Assembly: GCF_006345805.1 (NCBI RefSeq)
Contig: NW_021836322.1
Span: 1 to 21,792 of the forward strand
DNA: 21,792 nt
From: Octopus sinensis
Lineage: Eukaryota
Reading direction: 5' to 3'
The notes under the pieces were generated by a model that was given only the letters and a program-made list of their open reading frames with translations, was not told the DNA's origin and did no database searches. Every line of letters begins with the position of its first letter. The stretch's first letter is position 1. The position numbers and the translations under genes were made by a program. Below are positions 8,706 through 17,470 of this stretch, one piece after another.

Positions 8706-10258
8706 GGTGTGTATGGCTTGATGGCCAGAGAGTTAGTGTGTGTGTGTTTGTACGTGTGTACGTACGTATGTGTATGGCTTGATGACCAGAGAGTTAGTGT
8801 GTGTGTGTTTGTACGTGTGTACGTACGTATGTGTATGGCTTGATGGCCAGAGAGTTAGTGTGTGTGTGTTTGTACGTGTGTACGTGCGTATGTGTATGGC
8901 TTGATGGCCAGAGAGTAAGTGTGTGTGTGTGTTTATACGTGTGTACGTGCGTATGTGTATGGCTTGATGGCCAGAGAGTAAGTGTGTGTGTGTGTTTATA
9001 CGTGTGTACGTGCGTATGTGTATGGCTTGATGGCCAGAGAGTAAGTGTGTGTGTGGTTTGTACGTGTGTACGTGCGTATGTGTATGGCTTGATGGCCAGA
9101 GAGTAAGTGTGTGTGTGTGTTTATACGTGTGTACGTGCGTATGTGTATGGCTTGATGGCCAGAGAGTAAGTGTGTGTGTGTGTTTATACGTGTGTACGTG
9201 CGTATGTGTATGGCTTGATGGCCAGAGAGTTAGTGTGTGTGTGTGTTTGTACGTGTGTACGTACGTATGTGTATGGCTTGATGGCCAGAGAGTTAGTGTG
9301 TGTGTGTTTATACGTGTGTACGTACGTATGTGTATGGCTTGATGGCCAGAGAGTTAGTGTGTGTGTGTTTATACGTGTGTACGTACGTATGTGTATGGCT
9401 TGATGGCCAGAGAGTTAGTGTGTGTGTGTGTTTGTACGTGTGTACGTACGTATGTGTATGGCTTGATGGCCAGAGAGTTAGTGTGTGTGTGTTTGTACGT
9501 GTGTACGTACGTATGTGTATGGCTTGATGGCCAGAGAGTTAGTGTGTGTGTGTTTGTACGTGTGTACGTACGTATGTGTATGGCTTGATGGCCAGAGAGT
9601 TAGTGTGTGTGTGTTTATACGTGTGTACGTACGTATGTGTATGGCTTGATGGCCAGAGAGTAATGTGTGTGTGTGTTGTACGTGTGTACGTACGTATGTG
9701 TATGGCTTGATGGCCAGAGAGTTAGTGTGTGTGTGTTTGTACGTGTGTACGTACGTATGTGTATGGCTTGATGGCCAGAGAGTTAGTGTGTGTGTGTTTG
9801 TACGTGTGTACGTATGTATGTGTATGGCTTGATGGCCAGAGAGTTAGTGTGTGTGTGTGTTTGTACGTGTGTACGTACGTATGTGTATGGCTTGATGGCC
9901 AGAGAGTTAGTGTGTGTGTGTTTGTACGTGTACGTACGTATGTGTATGGCTTGATGGCCAGAGAGTTAGTGTGTGTGGTGTTTGTACGTGTGTACGTACG
10001 TAGGTGTATTGGCTTGATGGCCAGAGAGTTAGTGTGTGTGTGTGTTTTATACGCGTGTACGTGCGTATGTGTATGGCTTGATGGCCAGAGAGTTAGTGTG
10101 TGTGTGTGTTTGTACGTGTGTACGTGCGTATGTGTATGGTGTGGTGACCAGAGAGTTAGTGTGTGTGTGTACATGTATGGCTTGGTGGCGAGAAAGTTCG
10201 TGTGTGTGTGTGTGTTTGTACGTGCGTATGTGTATGACTTGCTGGTCAGAGAGTCAGT
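8706..10258. repeat. ~61-bp minisatellite, 23 near-identical plus 3 degenerate units
   Basis: Unit GTGTATGGCTTGATGGCCAGAGAGTTAG(TG)nTTTGTACGTGTGTACGTACGTAT; unit length 59-63 through (GT)n variation; cores counted from 8715 to 10236. Confidence 0.97.
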
Positions 10259-10406
10259 GTGTGTGTGTGCGCGTGTGTGCGTGTGTGGTGTGTGTGTGTG
10301 TGTGTGTGAGTGTGTGTGCGTGTGTGTGTGTTAATAAAGCGCGCGCACATTCTTGTGCATCAACGTTCAAGTAAGTGTGTTGGTTTTGATGCCCGTCCGG
10401 ACCTTC

Positions 10407-10995
10407 GATGATGATGATGGTGATGGCGGTGTTGGTGTAGGTGATGCAAATATAGTTGATGATGATGAGGAGGAGGAGGAGGAGGAGGATGGTGGTGATA
10501 AAACAATGATGAGGGTGCTGGTGATCATAGTGTTGATGATGATGATGAAGATGATGACGTTGGTGATGAATACGATGATGAAAATTATGAAGATGATGAT
10601 GATAACGGCGATTGGTGATGACGAATACAATGATGATGACTGAAGATGTTGATGATGACGATGATGACGCGATTATGATGATGATGATGATGATGACAAT
10701 GGTTCTCGTGATGCAGATGCTGCTGCTGATGATGATGATGACCATTATCGAGATGATGACGATGATGACGATGGTGATGACGAATACGATGATGATGATG
10801 ATGACGATGATGATGATGATGACGATGATGATATGATGATGATGATGACAATGGCTCTCGTGATACAGCTGCTGCTGCTGATGATGATGATGGTGATGAC
10901 CATTATGATGATGAGGAGGAGGAGAAGGAGGATTATGATGACGGCGACGATGGCTGCGATGACGGTAACGTCGACGCCGACGACGACAATGTTGA
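10407..10995. repeat. compound (GAT)n/(GAG)n/(GCT)n trinucleotide tract
   Basis: Direct reading; source of the poly-D/M/H/I spurious ORFs. Confidence 0.93.
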
Positions 10996-11332
10996 TGCGC
11001 AAGACGCTAATCCGATAATCCCTCCTCTCGGACCATTTAATCTCTCACTTGGTTAAAAGCGGGTGCATGGTCACCCTTCCTACATACTCGCGCGCACACA
11101 CAGACACACACACAGCCTCATACACAACTCCTAGTCACGTGCGCACAGCATCCACTCTGCCCTCCATCACCTCCATTCCTTCCTCCATTCATTTGTATAC
11201 ATCCTTCTCTTTCTCCATGTGTGTGGTGTGTGTGTACAAGAATGGATGTATGGTTAAGAAGTTCGCCATTTAGGAACCAGATTGTTTTGAGTTCAGTCCA
11301 GTGCGAAGATTTGTGTGTGTATGTCTGTAAAG

Positions 11333-11500
11333 GGTTAGCGGCATTCCGTCGCTTTTATGTTCTGAGTTCAAATTCCGCCGAGGTCGATTTTGCCTTTCAT
11401 CCTTCTGGGGTCGATAAAAATAAGTACCAGTTGAAAACTGGGGTCAATATAATCGACTATCTCTCCCCCAATTTCAGGTCTTGTGCCTATAGTAGAAAGG
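11333..11500 (+). mobile_element. tRNA-derived SINE family B, 5'-truncated, with (ATT)n tail
   Basis: B-box GAGTTCAAATTCC, body GAGGTCGATTTTGCCTTTCATCCTTCTGGGGTCGATAAAAATAAGTACCAG (resembles the Meta/Sauria-type SINE central domain from memory), 3' end GTGCCTATAGTAGAAAGGATTATT. Homologous to 17471-18325. Confidence 0.88.
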
Positions 11501-11540
<40 letters not shown>

Positions 11541-12359
11541 TATGTTTGAATTTTGCTTTATATTTCTACAAGTTGGCTCCAAGTCTCACCCAGAGACCTC
11601 AAGAGACAACAGGTTAGAAGTTCGTGATGTTGTTATGCCTAGGGTGCCATATATTTGGTTTTGTATTTAGTGTTGTACAAGTGAATGTCTAAAAAAAAAA
11701 ACAAAATTTATGTTTGTTTTAAACCTTGAGATTACATAGAAAGTATTTTGCGTAGGATATGGGCAGTTCCCATGAGCACTATCTTTTGAATTTCTGCCAT
11801 TTTGGGGTTTCCTGGTATCTAAGTTAGGTAGCTATCAGCCCCTTTTGCTATCATTCCCAGGGCACCTATGACAACAGGTATTGTTTTAGTCTTCAGGTTC
11901 CACATTTTGCTGATTTCTATTTCAAGATCTTTATATTTGCTCAGTTTTTGGTAGGTCTTGACAGATACGTTTATATCGATTGGGACAGTCATATCAATGA
12001 GGAGGCATGTTCTTTGTTTGAAGTTTTTCAATATGATGTCTGGCCTATTTGCATCTATCTTTCTGTCAGTTTGAATGGGGAAGTTCCAGAGGAATGAGAT
12101 GTGGTCATTTTCAAGCACAGGAGGTGGATTGTGTTCCCCCAGTTTTTTTCATGGGACAAATCCAGGTTTTTGAGATTACCCAGTGAATATATTGTGCAGC
12201 TCTATCATACCTGTTGAGATACTCTTTAGGCGCTAGAAGACTGCACTTGGAGACAACATGATCAATGGTTTCATTTTGTTGTTGACATACACGACACGTT
12301 GGGCTACTGCCGTTCTTTAATATGTTGACCTGGTAGTTCCTTGTTGGTAGGCACTGATT
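11541..12359 (-). mobile_element. R4/Dong-clade non-LTR retrotransposon, 5'-truncated (CCHC knuckle, restriction-like endonuclease, 3' UTR)
   Basis: CRVCQQQNETIDHVVSKC (CCHC), frameshift near 12170, then QTDRKIDANRPDIIL...LIDMTVP...KLSKYKDL...IPVVIGALG (PD-(D/E)xK RLE), an internal stop, and EIQKIVLMGTAHILRKILSM* ending at 11732. Flanked on both sides by (TAA)n on its own strand. Confidence 0.92.
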
Positions 12360-12761
12360 ATTATTATCATTATTATTATTATTATCATTATTATTATTAT
12401 TATCATTATTATCATTATCATTATTATTATCATCATTATCATTATCATTATTATTATCATCATTATTATTATTATTATTATCATCATTATTATTATTATC
12501 ATTATTATCATTATTATTATCATCATTATTATTATTATCATTATTATTATTATCATCATTATTATTATTATCATTATTATTATTATTATCATTATTATCA
12601 TTATCATTATTATTATCATCATTATTATTATTATTATCATTATTATTATTATTATCATCATCTATTATTATTATCATTATTATTATTATTATTATCATCA
12701 TTATTATTATTATCATTATTATTATTATCATTATTGTTGTTGTTATCATTATTATTATTAT
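12357..12761. repeat. (ATT/ATC)n microsatellite
   Basis: Direct reading. Confidence 0.97.
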
Positions 12762-12963
12762 TCAAATTAAAAGAAGAATGCCATTGTTATCTCGTGAACG
12801 ATATTTCGACATCTTGTTTAAAAAATAAATTTGTCAATCTACTTCATTTTGGTTAATATCATTCACTAGATGACAATGGTACCCTTCTTTTAATTTTGAC
12901 TCTAAATATTCTGGAGGAGTTACCGCAATCCTTTCTATATTATTATTATTATTATTACTATTA

Positions 12964-13183
12964 TTCAGTAGTTTTATTTTTATAGCGTGCTGTCACTTCA
13001 CTACCGAGCGCAGCTCTGTGTGCCTTGGGTATGTGCTGTGATTTGTTGTGATGCTCTGATGGTTATTGTATGGAAAGTGTTCTGCGTAGGATGTGTGCAG
13101 TGCCTAATAGTGCAATTTTCTGTATGTTATATGTGTTTGTAAGTCCTGGTGTTTTTGTTATGTATTTGTCTGAATATTTTTTT
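12964..13183 (-). mobile_element. second R4/Dong-type family, extreme 3' end
   Basis: Minus translation KKYSDKYITKTPGLTNTYNIQKIALLGTAHILRRTLSIQ* (stop 13063-13065) shares QKxxLxGTAHILR with the 11541-12359 element but has a different 3' UTR. (TAA)n on both sides. Confidence 0.8.
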
Positions 13184-13206
13184 ATTTTTATTATTATTAT
13201 TATTAA

Positions 13207-13253
13207 GGCGGCGAGCATGCATAATATTTGGCACGCCAGGATAAACGCATAGC
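13207..13253 (+). mobile_element. degenerate SINE family B head
   Basis: GGCGGCGAGC...GCACGCCAGG...AAACGCATAGC aligns with the family B head at 17684/17917/18325; preceded by (TAT)n. Confidence 0.55.
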
Positions 13254-13551
13254 TTTAAATTTATGACTATTTGTTCTTTTAGAAGCAGAATATTCCAATT
13301 GATGTCTCGCTGTCCTCCCTCTTCTGGTTCTATTTGGCGCTAAACACTTTCCCGGTTCTCCCTGGCGCTAAGCACCCTTAACCAGACTAAACACAAATAC
13401 AAATGATACGCAATTTCCCTTGTCATTCCTTCGTTCTTTTTACGTGGAGGATCTCTTATTTTAAGTTACGTATGAAGAAAAGCTAGAAACTCTACTACAG
13501 ATAATGCTCGAAAATAGAGTGGAATTTCATGAGTTTTAGTTAGGGAAACTC

Positions 13552-13780
13552 TGTGTGTGTGTGTGTGTGTGTGTGAGTGTGTGTGTGTGAGTGTGTGTGT
13601 CCCCAACATCGCTTGACAACCGATGCTGGTGTGTTTACGTCCCCGTAACTTAGCGGTCCGGCAAAAAGGACCGATAGAATAAATACTAGGCTTACAAAGA
13701 TTAAGACCAGGGATCGATTTGCTCGACTAGAGGCAGTGCTCTAGTATGGCCACAGTCAAATGACCAAAACAAGTAAAAGA

Positions 13781-13783
<3 letters not shown>
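13552..13783 (+). mobile_element. SINE family A 3' half
   Basis: (GT)n then CCCCAACATCGCTTGACAACCGATGCTGG...CAGTCAAATGACCAAAACAAGTAAAAGAG; near-colinear with 186-375. Confidence 0.88.
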
Positions 13784-13821
<38 letters not shown>

Positions 13822-14304
13822 TTATTTATTATATAAATTTATTTATTGATATATATATACATATAATATATATATATATATATAATATATATCGTTGTAA
13901 ATCGGTCATAAATATATTAACAACACAGAAAGACAGCAGAGGTGTTGCGTAACTAACACTCTTATTATTATCGTTATTATTATTATTGTTATTATTATTA
14001 TCATAAATCTATTGTAAGACCATAAAACATCTCGTAAAGAACAATAGAAAAATTAATACAAATCTCAACAAAACACGAGCGAAATATAAATAACTTGTTT
14101 ATATGTGTTTGTGTTTTATTTTGTTTTTTGGTATGTGCTGTTTTATGTTGTTTTTATTTTATGTTTGTTTTTAACGAAGCCAACAAACAAAGAGAAGACC
14201 GAGGGTGAAATGACAGTAAAAAAACAAACAAAAGGAAACAAAATAAACCAGTAATTGTTAAATACATAGAAAGTAATACCGGGTGGGGGGGTGGAGACAC
14301 GGAT

Positions 14305-14440
14305 TTGTGGTTCAGAAGGTCGTTTGTAACCACCGGCGGAGTGGTGGCCTGGGTTCAGCCCTACTGTGCTGTACCTTCGGCAAGTATCTTCTAGGGGTTT
14401 TTGCTTAATGCTTTGAGAGTGATTTTGGATATACAAATGT
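14305..14440 (+). mobile_element. highly degenerate SINE family A head
   Basis: GGGTTCAGCCCTACTG...CCTTCGGCAAGTATCTTCTA...TTTGAGAGTGATTTTGG parallels the heads at 7114-7465. Confidence 0.45.
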
Positions 14441-14515
14441 TTAAAAAGTATAATTCGAAAGCTATCCGTCTAAGATAAAACGAGTGTGGGAATGTATAAT
14501 AATAATAATAATAAT

Positions 14516-14922
14516 ACAACAAATTTCGGAATTAGACATACAAGAAACAAGTGCAGAAAAAGCTAAGCGCATGAAATCCCGTGCTAAAACTGCTGCCTTA
14601 GATAGTCTGAATGATAAATAGCAAGAAAAACCTCTCAATGGCAACTACCCAAAGAGAGCGAATAATGGTGATGTTGACAAAGCCCTGACCCATCAATGGC
14701 TAATGGCCTCTGGCTTAAAATCTGAAACAGAAGGGTTTATCATAGCTGCTTAAGATCAATGCCTACCTACAAGGAACTACAAGGCCAATATATTAAAGAA
14801 CGGCAGTAGCCCAACAAAATGAAACCGTTGATCATGTTGTCTCCAGGTGAAGTCTTCTTGCGCCTACAGAGTATCTCAACAGGCATAATAGAGCAGCACA
14901 ATATATTCACTGGGTAATATGC
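14516..14922 (+). mobile_element. R4/Dong-clade internal fragment (same family as 11541-12359)
   Basis: QQISELDIQETSAEKAKRMK...THQWLMASGLKSETEGFIIAA*DQCLPTRNYKANILKNGSSPT...YLNRHNRAAQYIHWVIC; overlaps the other copy at the nucleotide level; preceded by (TAA)6-7. Confidence 0.9.
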
Positions 14923-14959
14923 ATTATTAGTACTATCTCTTCAGGACATATGACATTGT

Positions 14960-15530
14960 TCGAAGAGATATTCAGTATCTGTTTGGCTACTATATCCCTC
15001 CTCTTACTGTATACATATAGTAAAATAAGGATTCAGATAGAATCAGGTGCTTGAAACGATATGCACCACACAGGGCTGGATATACCTGCGGTTCCGGCCT
15101 ATGCTTGGTAAGTATTAAATAGGACATTCCAGTTGTGTACTAAGAGCAAACCAACCCTATGAGTATTTAGCCCCTAGGGGCTGGTCCAAAGTATGCGATA
15201 CGTTGAATTGTATACTCTAGAGTGTCCGACAAATCGAAAATCCCCTTGGTGTATTATAACCAAATAGATAATAACAGATGATGGATAATTGTCCGCTCAT
15301 GTCCATTTTTTGTGGTGGGGAAAGAAATAAAATATCCCTACTGTTTGAAATAATAAAGGTAAACCACTATTTTCTTTGCACTGTCAACCGCAATTGTTTC
15401 GAGCAAAGATGTACTGGCATTTGCGACGCTTGTTTGGCTTAAGACTTTTAAGCTTACAAGTCTTACAACGTTTGTACCAAAACGCTTCTGGCAACAGCTT
15501 CAATAACATTAACACAACGGCACTGAATCA
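14960..15530 (+). mobile_element. possible decayed pogo/Tigger-type DDE transposase
   Basis: Only scattered motif fragments in different frames: YIPPLTV, QGWI, and MDNCP plus AH after a one-base shift near 15281-15300. Weak. Confidence 0.25.
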
Positions 15531-15620
15531 TTTTAAAGCCTGAATACAGATAAAAGTATTTTTATTATGGCAATCTTTATATCGTTTATGTATTTGTGTT
15601 GTAAGATTCCTGGTGTGAAA

Positions 15621-16024
15621 TCTCTTTATATATAAACGGCAGTTTGTCTGTGTGTCTGTGTGGCTGTCAGGTTGTACCCTCACCCTGACCACGGCTTTCA
15701 ATCGATTCTGATGAAACTTGACACACACATAGCCCAATGTCATAATTCAAAACTAACGCAGTGAAACTTTTGAAAAGCTCCCCCAGTTCTGAAAAAAATT
15801 GATAAATTCGACATGGGGTCGAGAATCTAAGCTTTTTATATGCAACACATTTTCTGTCGGGAGATAGCTAGGAACATCGTATACATAGAAGTATTCGAGT
15901 GAAGAGAAGACATTGCAACCTACACATGCGCCTTCGTTCCCTAGAGGGAAAGAACTAGATTGGGATTAGTCGTTGCCTACTAGGGGCTCTTACATACCCG
16001 GGCAACGCCGGGCTATGCTGCTAG
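15621..16024 (+). mobile_element. complete non-autonomous Helitron (404 bp)
   Basis: Inserted between A (15620) and T (16025). 5' TC (TCTCTTTATATATAA), subterminal hairpin CCCGG-GCAACG-CCGGG (15997-16012), 8-nt spacer, 3' CTAG (16021-16024). No TSD, as expected for a Helitron. Confidence 0.85.
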
Positions 16025-16161
16025 TCGTTTGTTAAAACAGATATTGTTATATTTAGCGATGGTCGTTTTTCTTTTATTTTTATTTTTCGCCCAATAATCT
16101 CTCACACAATGCATTCGTTCATCACGGCAGATTTACCTTCTTGTTTTATGTCGTTGGTCTG

Positions 16162-16196
16162 AAAATCTTTCGTCACATATCTTGTGACCTCTTCAG
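16162..16196 (-). ncRNA. hammerhead-like core with 6-bp stem II, stem I not recoverable
   Basis: Minus: CTGAAGA-G-GTCACA-AGATA-TGTGAC-GAAA-GATTTT. Confidence 0.4.
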
Positions 16197-16286
16197 TGTC
16201 TCTCTGTACTACGAGTCCCCTCCTATTCTGTTCATTCTCATATATTTTTATATCCAACTTAACGTGGAAGTCTCTATCGAACACCG

Positions 16287-16324
16287 AACTGAGGAGTATT
16301 AGCCTTAAGAGATCCTTTTATATA
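16287..16324 (-). promoter_or_regulatory. candidate TATA + Initiator core promoter (leftward)
   Basis: TATAAAAG begins 32 nt upstream of the A in TCAGTT (putative +1 = 16290). Confidence 0.3.
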
Positions 16325-16458
16325 GGCGCTTGGTGCATAAAAGCACACAGATCAGAGCGGTCGGCAATCGTCTGTCATGAGCACTGGAACTCCCCTATCA
16401 CGGGATTTCATTCTACAGGAATTCATCAGAGAGAGGTGACCGCTCACCGTTATGATAC

Positions 16459-16541
16459 ATATCAGTATCTCTTTTGCCAAACCGCTAGGTTACGGGGACG
16501 TAAACACACCAACATGGCGGCGAGCTGGCAGAATCGTAGCA
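16459..16541. mobile_element. fused SINE fragments: family A internal piece (minus, 16459-16515) joined to family B head (plus, 16516-16541)
   Basis: TTTTGCCAAACCGCTAGGTTACGGGGACGTAAACACACCAACAT is the reverse complement of the family A body. It abuts GGCGGCGAGCTGGCAGAATCGTAGCAC. Confidence 0.75.
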
Positions 16542-16544
16542 CTA

Positions 16545-16950
16545 CACTGAAAGAGGTACAATCCATCCTTGCCATTTTCGCAACTTTCACCCACCTTTCA
16601 ATGAACTCACTCGAGGGCAACACTTCCCTCTCCACTCTCAATTTCGTTTTCGAGTGAAACTTGAAGTCAATGAGAGCTCTACCAAAGAGGAACGTTTCTG
16701 TTCTCATGCTTTTCAACCTTGTACACCAAACAACCTCTTTCGCCAAAGCCACCAGGCAAAGGAAAACTGTCTTGCCTGACTGCCTGCCTGACTGAAGGAG
16801 GGCGGCGGGGCAATCATCATTACAGATTCAGCCGATAGACTGGTCCGTCCCACACGTGACAGCAGCTGTTCGATATAACCCCACGTCTGCAACGCCAGGA
16901 CACTGAACGAGTGCGTGCGCATCTGTGCCTGCAGAGTTTGCCTCGAAAGG
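16545..16950 (-). mobile_element. L1/Tx1-clade LINE ORF2 C-terminal relic
   Basis: Frameshifted pieces RGKLCRH, HALVQCP, WGYIEQLLSRVG, LCLVALAKEVVWCTR...RVEREVL...FIERW resemble the zf-RVT/C-terminal region of Tx1-like ORF2; the CxxC half of the knuckle is missing. Confidence 0.55.
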
Positions 16951-17093
16951 ATTTTGAGACTGGTACTTGGGTGTTAAGTGTCGTGGAAAGAGGCCCTGTG
17001 AGATCTTTGACAACAGGTTGCTGTCGGCTCTTAATTAGGCGGAGCCAGTGAAATCGAAAGCTCTGAAAAGTGAAATGAATATAATACAACTAA

Positions 17094-17163
17094 TACATTA
17101 TTTACACTGGACGGATGTGTGCCCTCATCTTGTTTGTTGTAACCACAACGTTTTGCCAGTGTC
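17094..17163 (-). mobile_element. truncated copy of the hammerhead-bearing short element at 17256-17445, inverted
   Basis: Reverse complement matches 17353-17407 at 49/55 nt and retains GACAC...AAAACGTTGTG. Confidence 0.8.
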
Positions 17164-17255
17164 TAGAATAATAATAATAATAATAATGATAATAATAATA
17201 ATAATAATGATAATAATAATAATAATGATGATGATGATGATAATAATAATAATCA

Positions 17256-17445
17256 TATCACCAAAAAATACTTTAGGAATGAGAACCCAGGGTTGGGTTC
17301 AAAATTCTACCAGGACAGCTGATGAAGGCTGGAGAGTAAATCAGCCGAAAAATTGTGGTAACAACAAACAAAATGGGGTCACATATCCGTCCAATGTAAA
17401 TAATGTAAATAATGTACAGAATTCCTGAACTCTAAGATATAGAAC
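17256..17445 (+). mobile_element. short non-autonomous PLE-derived element with hammerhead-like motif
   Basis: Contains GACAG-CTGATGA-A-GGCTG-GAGAGTAAAT-CAGCC-GAA-AAAT-T-GTGGT (17314-17359); no ORF; adjoins an (ATA/ATG)n tract. Confidence 0.65.
17314..17359 (+). ncRNA. type-I hammerhead-like motif, intact core and stem II, decayed stems I/III
   Basis: Canonical CUGAUGA, 5-bp stem II and GAA. ACGT has become AAAT and stem I is mismatched. Confidence 0.6.
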
Positions 17446-17470
17446 AATAACAATACTAATACTAGTAACG

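Noticed and set aside
8706-10258. CRISPR-like array (regular repeats with a small hairpin core and polar decay)
   Set aside because: Inter-core sequences are near-identical rather than unique spacers, there are no cas genes, and the context is eukaryotic. It is a minisatellite.
10254-11018. Acidic or His/Met-rich ORFs (e.g. DDDDGDGG...EEEEEEE)
   Set aside because: They come from the (GAT)n/(GAG)n tract, are open on both strands, and have no splice or domain support.
12111-12856. Poly-N/D 212-aa and poly-Y/H 171-aa ORFs as genes
   Set aside because: The N-terminal parts are (ATT/ATC)n microsatellite; only the Dong-derived C-terminal part is genuine protein-derived sequence.
14933-14970. 9-bp inverted repeat TATCTCTTC/GAAGAGATA with CTGAAGA on minus
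   Set aside because: No stem II-GAAA follows the core, and an isolated short IR is unremarkable in AT-rich DNA.
15700-15725. CTGATGAAAC as a hammerhead core
   Set aside because: No stem II between CTGATGA and GAAA; it is internal Helitron sequence.
16137-16290. Coding exon 2 for the MPTK exon (ORF ...FDRDFHVKLDIK...)
   Set aside because: The open frame needs a phase-2 acceptor, while the MPTK donor is phase 1; the phase-1 reading hits a stop.
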